In this document: positions 21,378 to 31,600 of the stretch, piece by piece
Numbering within the stretch: the first letter of the stretch is position 1
Layout of the letters: each line of letters opens with the position of its first letter
From: Myxococcota bacterium
Lineage (GTDB): Bacteria; Myxococcota_A; UBA9160; PR03
Reading direction: 5' to 3'
Length of the DNA stretch: 64,000 bases
Assembly (NCBI GenBank): GCA_041611735.1
Contig: JBFIML010000021.1
Span: 1 to 64,000, forward strand
Translations under genes and position numbers: made by a program
Notes under the pieces: generated by a model
Told to the model about the DNA's origin: nothing
Databases searched by the model: none
What the model saw: only the letters and a program-made list of their open reading frames with translations

Positions 21378-21868
21378 GTCTCCCGCTCCGAGCCGCAGGC
21401 GAAGCGGGTCATCAGCAGCGCGTCCTCCCCATCGCGGTAGTAGCGCGGCCGGCGGCCCACCGCGACGAAACCGCGGCGAAGGTACAGCCGCCGCGCGACG
21501 GCGTTTCCGGAGCGCAGCTCCACGTGCAGGCACGGGGCGTGAGCCCGCCGGGCGGCGTTCACCACCGCATCCAGCAGCGCATCGCCCACCCCACGCCTCC
21601 GCCAGACGGACGCCACCGCCAGGGAGAGCAGGTGCCCGGCGTCCGCCTCGAAGCGGGCGCCCGCCAGGCCCAGCGGGGCGACGACCCCGGGCGCCCGGGC
21701 CACCAAGACGCAGGTCCCGGGGCGCCCGATCTCGGCCCGCCAGGCTGCGGCCGACCAGGCGTCGGCCAGGCAGCAGGCCGCCAGCGCTGCCAGCGCGTCC
21801 ACGTCCCCCGGGACGGCGCGCCCCACGCGGATCGCGCCGGGCGACGCCCGGAAGGCGGCCTCATCCAC
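21374..21868 (-). CDS. rimI: RimI-like GNAT acetyltransferase
   Basis: LAVASVWRRRGVG, NAVARRLY..RGF, GRRPRYYRDGEDALLM. Confidence 0.8.
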   Translation of the reverse strand: MDEAAFRASPGAIRVGRAVPGDVDALAALAACCLADAWSAAAWRAEIGRPGTCVLVARAPGVVAPLGLAGARFEADAGHLLSLAVASVWRRRGVGDALLDAVVNAARRAHAPCLHVELRSGNAVARRLYLRRGFVAVGRRPRYYRDGEDALLMTRFACGSERET

Positions 21869-23213
21869 GCGGGATCTCGATCCCGAGCGCCCGGACCTTG
21901 CGCGACAGGCTCTCCCGGGCGAGGCCCACCACCTCCGCCGTCCGCGAGATGTTCCAGCCGTGCTCCCGAAGCCGAGCCAGCAGCCAGTCGCGCTCGAAGG
22001 CCCGCCGCGCCTCCTCCAGCGAGCTGCCCGAGGGGCTCTGCGCGACCGAGGGAATGCGGATCGCCTCCGGAAGGTCCTCCACGCCGATCCGATCGCCCGG
22101 CGTCATCAGCACCAGGCGCTCCACGAGATTGCGCAGCTCACGCACGTTTCCGGGCCACGCGCCGCCCTTCAGCAGCTCCATGCCCTCCGGCTCGATCTCC
22201 TTGGTCCGCACTCCGGCCTCGGCGCAGAACTCCCGAGCGAACGACTCGACCAGGATCGGGATGTCCTCGCGCCGCTCCCGCAGCGGGGCCACGTGGAAGG
22301 GAATCACGGCAAGCCGGTAGTAGAGGTCCTCGCGGAAGCTCTCGTCGGCGATCTCCTTCTCCAGGTCCTTGTTGGTGGCGGCGATGACCCTCACGTCCAC
22401 CTCGATGGTTTCCATGCCCCCGACCCGTTCGAACTTGTGCTCCTGCAGGATGCGCAGGATCTTGGCCTGCGTCTTCAAGCTCATGTCGGCGATCTCGTCC
22501 AGGAAGATGGTTCCGCCGTCGGCCAGCTCGAACTTGCCGCGCTTGCGCGCGATGGCGCCCGTGAACGCCCCCTTCTCGTGCCCGAACAGTTCCGACTCGA
22601 TCAACTCCTCCGGGATCGCCGCGCAGTTCACCTCCACGAAGGGCTTGTCCGAACGCCGGCTGAGCAGGTGGATCTGTCGCGCCACCAGCTCCTTGCCCGT
22701 GCCGTTCTCGCCGGTGATCAGCACCCAGCCGTTGGTGGGCGCCGCCTGGCGGATCTGCTCCTTGAGCTTCCGCGTGCGCTCCGACTCTCCCAGGATCTCG
22801 TGGGCCCGCAACGCCTCGGTGCGCAGGCGGCGGTTCTCGCGCTCCAGACGCGAGTGGTCCAGTGCGTGGTGGAGTGTCAGCAACAGCTTTTCGACCGAGA
22901 GCGGCTTCTCGATGAAGTCGAACGCTCCGAGCTTGGTGGCCCGCACGGCCGTCTCGACCGTTCCGTGCCCCGTCATCATCACCACCGGCAGCTCCGGCCA
23001 CGTGGCACGCACCTCCTCGAGGATGGTCATTCCGTCGCGGCCCGGCATGGCGATGTCGAGCAGCACGGCATCCACGGCCCCGTCCTCGCGCAACACCGTC
23101 AGGGCCGCCTCGCCGTCCGCGGCGGCAGCCACCTCGTAGCCTTCGTCGCCGAGCAGACCCGCCAGGGAGCGCCGGATGCTGTCCTCGTCGTCCACCACCA
23201 GGATGCGGTTCAC
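21861..23213 (-). CDS. NtrX-like sigma54-dependent response regulator
   Basis: Receiver domain (ILVVDDE, LLDIAMP, FIEKP), AAA+ domain (GENGTGKE, GAFTGA, FLDEI, WPGNVRELRN) and a Fis-type HTH. Confidence 0.93.
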   Translation of the reverse strand: MNRILVVDDEDSIRRSLAGLLGDEGYEVAAAADGEAALTVLREDGAVDAVLLDIAMPGRDGMTILEEVRATWPELPVVMMTGHGTVETAVRATKLGAFDFIEKPLSVEKLLLTLHHALDHSRLERENRRLRTEALRAHEILGESERTRKLKEQIRQAAPTNGWVLITGENGTGKELVARQIHLLSRRSDKPFVEVNCAAIPEELIESELFGHEKGAFTGAIARKRGKFELADGGTIFLDEIADMSLKTQAKILRILQEHKFERVGGMETIEVDVRVIAATNKDLEKEIADESFREDLYYRLAVIPFHVAPLRERREDIPILVESFAREFCAEAGVRTKEIEPEGMELLKGGAWPGNVRELRNLVERLVLMTPGDRIGVEDLPEAIRIPSVAQSPSGSSLEEARRAFERDWLLARLREHGWNISRTAEVVGLARESLSRKVRALGIEIPRG

Positions 23214-25489
23214 GTGGCGCTCCCCCGCACGGGCAACTCCACGATGACCTCGGTGCCGCGCGGCTCCAGCGCGTGCACGCGCACGTAGCCGCGGTGATCG
23301 GCCACGATGCGCGAGACGATGGCCAGACCGAGCCCGGTGCCGTGCTTCTTGGTGGAGAAGTAGGGCTCGAAGATGCGGCGACGGTCCTCGGGGCGGATGC
23401 CCACGCCGTCGTCCGCCACCTCCAGGCGCACGATCTGCAGCGCCGCCTCGTGGACGGTGCGCAGCCGCACGTGGCCCACGGCCGCGTCGTGCTCCCGCTC
23501 GCGCACGGCGGCGATCGCGTTGTCGAGGAGGTTGGTGAGCAGGCGGCGCATCTGCTCGCGGTCCAGCTCCACGGAGGGCAGGCGCGGGTCCAGGTCGGTC
23601 TTGAGAACCACGCCCTCGGTGCCCGCGTAGCTCGCCACGCACTCCGCCACGATGCGGTTCAGGTCGTCGGGCCGCGGGTTGGCGGTGGGCAGGCGCGCGA
23701 AGTTGGAGAACTCGTTCACCAGCAGCTTCAGGCTCTCCACCTGGCTCGTGATCGCGTCCACGCAGTCGTCGAAGACCTTGAGGTCCCCGGGATCCGCGGC
23801 GATCCGCCCGCGGAAGCGCCGGCGCATGCGCTGGGCGGAGAGCTGGATCGGGGTGAGCGGGTTCTTGATCTCGTGGGCGATGCGACGCGCCACCTCCTGC
23901 CATGCAGCCATGCGCTGCACCTTCACCAGCTGGGAGTAGTCGTCGAAGACGACCACGGTACCGATCACGCGATCGTCTTCGTCCTTGAGCAGCGTCACCG
24001 TCACCAGGAGGGTCAGCACGTCGTCGCCCATCGGAACCTGCACCTGGCGACGGATGCTCTCTCGGACCCCCGCTCGCAGCTTGTCCCCAAGCTCGCGCAC
24101 CGCCTCCAGGTGCTCGGGCTGCGTCAGCAGCTCGTCGAGGCGTCGGCCCACCAGGCCCGTGCCAGGCGGGATTCCGAGCAGCCGCTGCGCCGAGGGGTTG
24201 ATGGTGTGGACGCGCCCGTCCGCGTCGAGGGACACCACCCCCGCCCCGATGTTGCGCAGGACGATCTCCATGTACCCGCGCCGCTGCTCGAGCTCCGCAT
24301 TGCTGTCCTCGAGGCCGCTCCGGGCATCGCGCAGGTCCTGGGTCATGCGGTTGAAGGAGCGCACCAGGAAGCCCACTTCGTCGTCGGAAGTGGTCTGGAC
24401 GACCACGTCCAGGTTGCCGCGCGCCACCTCGGCAGTGCCCTCGGCCAGGGCCTGAATCGGGCCGGTCACCCCCTTGGCCATGCGGAAGCCCCACCAGATC
24501 GCGAACAGCAGCACGACGAGGGAGAACAGCAGGAGCTCGAGCTGGTACACGCGGCGGATGTGGCCGGCATTCGGTTGCAGACGCCGGTATTCCTCCAGGG
24601 CGGAGCGGATCTCGGCGACCTTGCGAGTCAGCGAGTAGGGCACCCAGTAGTTGACCACCACGACGCCGACCGGCTCCCCGGTCCGGAAGGAGGAATCGAT
24701 CGGCACGGCGCCGCGCACCACGCTGCCACTGCCCGCCTCTTCCACCCGCGAGGCGCCCATGCCGGCCATCGCCGAGCGCACCAGATCGCTGTCGGGACGC
24801 GAGAAGTTCGCAGCGGGGATCTCCGGGTTGATGGCGATCACCAGCTCCTCGCCGGTGGCGCTGAAGATTTCCACCACCCCCAGGTTGTAGTCGCGCTGTC
24901 GATCCGAGACGAAGGCGGTCAACGCCTCCAGGTTGTCCTCGCGTAGCAGGCGATTGTCGGTGATCTGGGTCGCGATGCGACGTCCATAGTACAGGGCGTT
25001 CTTGGCCGAGGCGTCGTAGTAGCTGTCCGCCACCTGACGGCTCTGATCCAGGGCGCGGTCCACCTGGAGATCGAACCAGGTGTCGATCGAGGCCGTGACG
25101 ATCGAGGAAGCCACCAGGAACAGCACCGCGGTGGGAACGCTGGCGATCAGGAAGAAGGCGATCACGAACTTGAGGTTCAGGTGGGAGCCCAGGATGCCGC
25201 GACGCCGCTCGAAGACGAGCTTCACCAGGTTGCGCGCGATCAGGTAGACGAGCAGGAAGATCAGGAAGACGGTGAGCGCGTTCAGGAACAGGAAGAGCAC
25301 GCTCTCCCCGATCCACAGGTCCCGGGTGATCCCGATGGCGCGTCGTTGGAAGGCGATCACCCCGGCGATGGCGGCCACCACGGCGCCGCTGATCCACAGC
25401 TCCCGCCGGCGCCGGCGTCGCTCCGCCGCGGGCAGGACCGGCGCGTCGGCGCGCGGGGGGTCGTCGGCAGCGGGTCTGGGCGGGGCCAT
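23210..25489 (-). CDS. NtrY-like sensor histidine kinase
   Basis: Several N-terminal TM segments, a periplasmic domain, HAMP, PAS, and MAAWQEVARRIAHEIKNPLTPIQLSAQR, FEPYFSTK, GTGLGL. Confidence 0.93.
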   Translation of the reverse strand: MAPPRPAADDPPRADAPVLPAAERRRRRRELWISGAVVAAIAGVIAFQRRAIGITRDLWIGESVLFLFLNALTVFLIFLLVYLIARNLVKLVFERRRGILGSHLNLKFVIAFFLIASVPTAVLFLVASSIVTASIDTWFDLQVDRALDQSRQVADSYYDASAKNALYYGRRIATQITDNRLLREDNLEALTAFVSDRQRDYNLGVVEIFSATGEELVIAINPEIPAANFSRPDSDLVRSAMAGMGASRVEEAGSGSVVRGAVPIDSSFRTGEPVGVVVVNYWVPYSLTRKVAEIRSALEEYRRLQPNAGHIRRVYQLELLLFSLVVLLFAIWWGFRMAKGVTGPIQALAEGTAEVARGNLDVVVQTTSDDEVGFLVRSFNRMTQDLRDARSGLEDSNAELEQRRGYMEIVLRNIGAGVVSLDADGRVHTINPSAQRLLGIPPGTGLVGRRLDELLTQPEHLEAVRELGDKLRAGVRESIRRQVQVPMGDDVLTLLVTVTLLKDEDDRVIGTVVVFDDYSQLVKVQRMAAWQEVARRIAHEIKNPLTPIQLSAQRMRRRFRGRIAADPGDLKVFDDCVDAITSQVESLKLLVNEFSNFARLPTANPRPDDLNRIVAECVASYAGTEGVVLKTDLDPRLPSVELDREQMRRLLTNLLDNAIAAVREREHDAAVGHVRLRTVHEAALQIVRLEVADDGVGIRPEDRRRIFEPYFSTKKHGTGLGLAIVSRIVADHRGYVRVHALEPRGTEVIVELPVRGSAT

Positions 25490-25559
25490 GCCAGGGAAGC
25501 CTCGCGATCGGGCGGGGCCCGGAAGCGGCGCCGGAACCAGCCGGTTTTGCTCCGGAAAG

Positions 25560-25587
25560 ACGCTATCAAAGCGGCCGGTGCCCGCAA
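25560..25587 (-). promoter_or_regulatory. Candidate sigma70-type promoter of ntrY
   Basis: TTGCGG-N16-TAGCGT with an extended -10 TG. Confidence 0.4.
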
Positions 25588-25597
25588 CCGGAAGCAT

Positions 25598-25625
25598 TCA
25601 AGCCAAGGGCCCGTCGCGTCGATGG
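25598..25625 (+). promoter_or_regulatory. Sigma28/FliA-type promoter upstream of the giant TPR gene
   Basis: TCAAG-N15-GTCGATGG, about 45 nt before the GTG start. Confidence 0.55.
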
Positions 25626-25669
25626 AAGCTCGGACCGGAGCGCAACGCCTCCGGCCGAGGAGTTGGTGC

Positions 25670-28600
25670 GTGGCGGGGCAGATCGAGCGCCAGCGAGAGC
25701 GGTTCGAGACGGACCCCGCCGACCGCGTGGCCTTCGAGGCGCTGGAGGAGCAGTTCTTCCTCCACGGCGCCTGGTCGGAGCTCACGGCCCTCTACGAGCG
25801 GCGCCTGGGCGCCGAGCCCGTGCAGGTCAATCCGGCGGAGAGCGCCCGGATCCTGTTCCGCCTGGGGCAGGTGCTCGAGGAGCGCTGCCAGAACCCCGAC
25901 CGGGCCGTCGAGTGCTACCGGCGGGCCATCCAGCTCGAGCCCTCCTTCCGCCCCCCGGTGCGACAGCTGCGCCGCCTGCACGCGGCGCGGGGCCAGTGGG
26001 AGGTGGCCCTCCAGCTGGCGGATGTGGAGGGCCGCACGCGGATGCGGCCCTACGAGCGGGCCGAGTTCCTGGTGGAGATGGGGTCCCTCTGGCTGCGCAA
26101 GGTGGGAGACGCGGAGCAGGCCATCGCCCAGTTCGAGCACGCCCTGGCAGAGGTGCCCGACCAGGAGGACGCCCTGGTGGGTCTCGCCCGGGCGCTGGAA
26201 GAGCTGGGCCGCCTCCCGGAGGCGGCCGAAACCTGGCAGCGGGTGGTGGAGCGGGTTCGCGGGCCGGACCGCGCCCCGGCCCTGGTGGCTCGGGCCCGTC
26301 TTCTGGAAGCCCTCGGGCGTGGCGATAAAGCCCCGGAACTGTATCGGGCTGCCCTTCAGGAGGATCCTCGCCATCGGGAGGCGGTGGACGCCCTGGCCGA
26401 GCTGGCGGCCGCCGGCGAGCGCTGGGAGGAGCTGGCCTCGCTGCTCGAGCAGCGCTTCGATCTGGCGGCGGGAGCCATCCGCCGCGCGGCCATCGCGCTG
26501 GATGCGGGGCGCCTGCATCTGGACCGGCTCGGGGACCTCGCCGCCGCCCGCCGCTGGTTCTCCCGGGCCCTCGAGCTCTTTCCCGACGATCCCTCGGTGC
26601 ACCTGGCCCTGGGCGAGGTGGAGCGTCGGGCCGGCCGGCCGGACGTCCAGGCCCGCCATCTGGAGCGGGCCCTCGACCTGGCCGAAGACGACGACGGCTC
26701 GCCGGAGGTCCTGCTCCAAGCGGCGCGGTCCAGCGCCGAGAGTGGCGACCCGGAGGCGGCGCTCGCCCAGTATCGACGTGCAGCCCAGCAGGTCCCCGAG
26801 AGCCGGGCGGCCCTGGACTGCCTGGACCAGGCGCTGGTCGGGGCGGGTCGCGATGCGGAGCGGGTGGACGTGCTGGAGCGGCGCGCCGCCCTGGCGGACG
26901 CCCAGCCCGAGCAGCAGGCGGCCGCCCTGGTGGAGCTCGGGCGCATCCACGACGAGCACATCGGAGATCTCCACGCGGCGCGCGACGCCTACGAGCGGGC
27001 CCGACGGGCGCATCCCGCGCGGCCGGGACTGGCCGCCGCCCTGGACCGGGTGCTGGTCAAGCTCGGCGACTGGGAGGGCCGTCGTCGCCTGCTCGAAGAC
27101 GCCGTCGCAAGCGCCCCGGCGGCGGAGCAGCCCGAGCTCTACGTCACGCTGGGCGAGATGCTCTTCGAGCGGGAGGGCGATTCCGCGGCGGCATCGCGGG
27201 CCTTCGACCGGGCCCTCGCCCTCGAGCCGGGATCGCCGCGCGCCCTGGCGGGGCTCGCCCGGGTGGCCGCGGCCAGCGGGGACGAGGACTCGCTGCTGCG
27301 CACCTACGAGCGCGAGGTGTCGATCACCAGGGACCGCGAGCGACTCGCCGCCCTGGCGCGCGAGATCGTTCGGGTATGCGAGGCGCGCGGCTCCCCGGAG
27401 CGCGCGCTGCCGAGCGTCGAGTGGTGGGTGCGCACGGCGCCCGGAGAGTCGGCCCCGCTGCAGGAGCTGGCCCGCCTGCAAGAGGAGCTCGGGCGCACGG
27501 ACGAGCTGGTCGAGACGCTCCAGCGGCTCGATGCGGTGCTCTCGGGTCCCGAGCGGGCCGGCGTGCGGCGGCGGCTCGGCTTCCTGCATGCGGCCGAGGG
27601 CTGGACCAGCCAGGCCATCGACGCCTGGTTCGGCGCCCTCGAGCTGGACCCGAACGATCCCCGGGTGCTGGAGGCCCTGGGCCACGCGCTCGCCGAAGAG
27701 AACCGACACCGGGAGCAGGCCGAGGTGCTCCGGCACCTGGCGGAGCAGCTGCCCCCGGCGCAGCGTGGCCGCTGCCTGGCCGATCTGGGGCGCCTGCTCA
27801 GCGAGCATCTGGGCGACCCGGTGGGCGCCATGGCGGCCCTCGAGCGGGCCATCGAGAGCGGGAGCGACGCCCCGGAGGTGAGCGAACGCCTGGAGGCGCT
27901 CCTCGAGCAGAGCGGTCGCCACGAAGATCTCCTGCGTCGGCTCGAGCAGCGGCGCGCGCGGCTGGACGACGAGGCGCCGGAGGCGCTGGCCCTCGACTTG
28001 CGACGCGCCCGACTGCTCCTCGATGCGCTGGGGCGTTCCGACGAGGCGGCGGCGCTCTATCGGGAGCTGCGACGACGCGCCCCCCACGACCCGGCGGTGC
28101 TGGACGGGCTCGAGCAGGCGGCGCGCAGCGCCCGGGACGGGACCAGCCTGGCAGACCTGCTCGAGGCGCGGGCGGCACGAGAGTCCGATCCCGAGCGGCG
28201 AGCCCGTCTCCAGCTGGAGCGGGCCCGGGTGCTGGAGGAGACGCTGGAGCAGCTCGAGGAGGCACGCGAGGTCTACGCGACGCTGGCCGATGGGCCCGGG
28301 GACGCGGAGGGGGTGCAGGAGGCCGCGAGCCGCCTGGAAGCGCTCCTCGAGCGCGTCGGGGACCACGCCGCGCTGTGCGAGCGCCTGGAGGCCCGCATCG
28401 TAGGGGCCGGATCCGAGGAGCGGGCGGAGCTCCACCTGCGGGTGGGCCGCATCGCCCGCGAGCGTCTCGGCGAGCGCGCGCGGGCCATCTACCACCTGGA
28501 GGCGGCCGCCTCGCTTCGACCCGAGCGGGCCGAGGCGTGGACCGGCCTGGCCCGGCTCTACGAGGAGATGGACCGCCTCCCGGAACTGCTGCGCGCTCTC

Positions 28601-31600
28601 GAAGGCGAGCTGGCCGCTGGCCCGACCCCCGAGCGGGAGCTCGCGCTGCGGGCGCGCGCCGGTCGGCTTTGCGCCGGCCCCCTGGAAGACCCTGCGCGCG
28701 CCGAGCAGCACTTCCGGCGCGTGCTTGAGATCGACCCGGTGCATCCCGAGGCCGGCGAATTCGTGGTGGCATGTCTCGAGCGCGAGGAGCGCTTCGCGGA
28801 GATGCTGCCGATCCTCGAGGCGCGCCTGCGGGGCTTCGAGGAAGACCCGGACCCGCAGCAGGGGGAGCGCCGCACGTCGCTTCGCCTGCGCCTCGCGGCC
28901 CTGCGCGCTGACCGCGCGGGGGATCTGGACGGTGCCATCGAGCTGCTGGAGGCTGCACTGCGGGAGATGGGGGCGATGGCGGCGGTTACGGCGCCCCTGG
29001 CGGACCTCTACGAGCGGGCCGGTCGCGGTGAAGCCCTGGTCGCCCTTTGCCGGCAGGCGGCGGAGGTGGCCGAGCTGCCGGCGGAGCGGGCCGAGTGGCG
29101 GCTGCGCCTCGGCCATGCGCTGCGCGCGCGGGGCGCCGCCCAGGAAGCCGCCCAGGCCTTGCGAGCGGTGCTCGTGGAGCGCCCCGACGATCGCTCCGCG
29201 CGTGAAGCGCTGCGCGACCTCTACCGGGAGCTGGACGAGCCCGAGCCCCTGGTACGCCTCCTCGAGTACGAGCTGCGCCACTGCACCGGGGCGTCCGAGA
29301 TCCCCCTGCGCCGCGAGCTGGCGGAGCTGACCGGGCAGCGCCTGGAGCGGCCCGCCGACGCCCTGGCCCACCTGCGGCGCGTGCTGGAGCTCGGGCCGGG
29401 TGACTGGGCTGCGCGCGAGCAGGCCCTGGCGCTGGCGGAGCAGCTCGACCGGCCGGAAGAGGCCGTCGCGCTGATCGACGCCGCGCTGGAGCGCGACGAC
29501 GCCCGCCGCCGGCACGCGGACCTGTGGGCGCGTCGGGGCGCGCTCCTGGGGGAGGCCCTGGGTCGGCTGGACGCCGCCGCGGACTCCTACCGGCGCGCGA
29601 TCGAGCTCGACCCGGGCCGCGCCGGACTCCGCCGCGAGCTGCGGCGCGCCCTGGAAGCCCTCGAGCGCTGGCCCGAGCTGCTCGAGTGCCTGCGACGCGA
29701 CGCGGACCTGGCGCAGGATGCCGAGCGCGTCGCCCTGCTCGAACAGGGCGCGCGCATGGCGGAGCAGCACCTGGACGACGACGCCGCGCTGGCCTGGTAC
29801 GAGCAGCTGCGGGTGGCGCGGCCCCACGACCCGGGACCGTTGTTCCGGATCGCCGATCTGCATCGTCGGGGCGACCGGCCGGAGGCCTTGGAGCGCGCCC
29901 TCGCCGAGGCGGCGCGCCGCCTGCCCGAGGGCGACCGCCGACGCGACCTGGAGCTCGAACGAGCGCACGTGCTCGAGCACCGGCTCGGCTCACCGGCCCG
30001 GGCCCTGGCGGCCCTGGAGGAGGCTCGTCGCATCGACCCGGAGCATCCCCAGGCGATCCACGAGCTCGAGCGGCTCTACGACGTCACGGGGCGCGGGCGC
30101 GAGCTGGCCGCCCTGCTGGCCGCGCGGATCTCCTCGGCCCGGGGAGAGGAGCGCACTCGACTGCTGGGACGCATCGCCTCCCTGCACACCGAACGCCTGC
30201 ACGACCCCGGGCAGGCGGTGGAGACCCTGCGCAGCGCCCTGACGGTGGCGGACCTGCCGGCCGCCGCCCGCATCGACCTGCTGCGAAGGCTGGGCGAGGC
30301 GCTGTGCGCGGCGGGGCGCACGGAGGAGTGGGCAGGGACGGCGGAGCAGGAGCTCGAGGCCCTCCCCGCCGATGAGCCCGTGTTCCGCGAGCGCCGCGCA
30401 GCGCTGCATCTCGAGCTCGCTCGCAGCTACGAGCGCGAGCTGGCGCGTCCCCGTAGCGCGCTCCGTCACCTGCGCGCCCTGGTCGACGACGATCTGCCGG
30501 AGCATGCCGAGGAGCCCTGGGTGCGGCGCGACGAGGCGGAGGGCCTGCTGATCGACCTCCTGCGCGCCGAGGGCAACCACGTGGAGCTGGCGCGGCGCCT
30601 CGCCGAGCAGCTGGTGGTCGAGCCGGACCCCGAGGGCTGGCTCGAGCTGGCACGTCTGCGGGAAGAGCGGCTGTGGGCGCCGGCGGCGGCCGCGGACGCC
30701 TACCGCGAGGTGCTCCAGCATCGACCCGCCTGCCCCGACGCCTTGCGGGGCTTGCGCCGCGTCTGCGAACGCATCGCAGACTGGGCGGAGGTGGCCCGCA
30801 CCCTGGAGCGCGAGCTGGCCGCCGACGCGGAGCTCTCGGCCCCCGAGCGGGCGGCCCTGGGTCGGCGCCTCGGCCAGGTCTGCTGGCACCGTCTGGGCGA
30901 CACCACCCGGGCGAGCCGCGCCTTCGCCGCAGCCCTGGAGGCCGAGCCCCGGGACCGCGTCTCGCTGCGCACCTTGCAGAGCCTGTTCGAGGCCATGGGG
31001 GACTGGCGAGGGGCTCTCGACCTGTACGCCAGCGAGCTCGATCTGCTCGGCGAGGACGAGACCGCGCGCCGTCAGGAGCTCTGGCTGAAGCGGGCGGCCC
31101 TGGCACGCGAACGGCTCGACGACCCCGAGGAGGCGAGCCGGGCATTCGCCGCGGCCGCCGATCTGGGCCACCTGCCGGTGCGGGCCCGGGCGGCCTGGGC
31201 CCGGTTGCTGGAACGCCTCGGCCACCGCGAGCGCCATGCGGACGTGTTCGCCAGCTGGTGCGACGACCCGGAGACGGATGCCCAGGCCACGGACCTGCTC
31301 CGACTCGCAAACGCTCTGGAGGAGCTCGGCCGAGGCGACGAGGCCCTGGCCCGGCTGGAGCGTGCGGTGGAGATGGACCCGGGCTGCGGCGAAGCGTGGG
31401 CCCGCCTGGCCCGTCTGCGCACGTCGCGGGGCGAGGCGGAGGCGGCGGCGCAGGCGTGGGCGAAGCGCGGAGAGCTGGCCGTGGGCGGCGAGGCGGCGCA
31501 GGCCTTCTGCGCCGCCGCTGCCGGATGCGAGGCCACGGATCCCGAGCGGGCCGTGGAGCTCCTGGAGCGTGGCATCGCCCAGGATGCCACCTCGGCGGTG

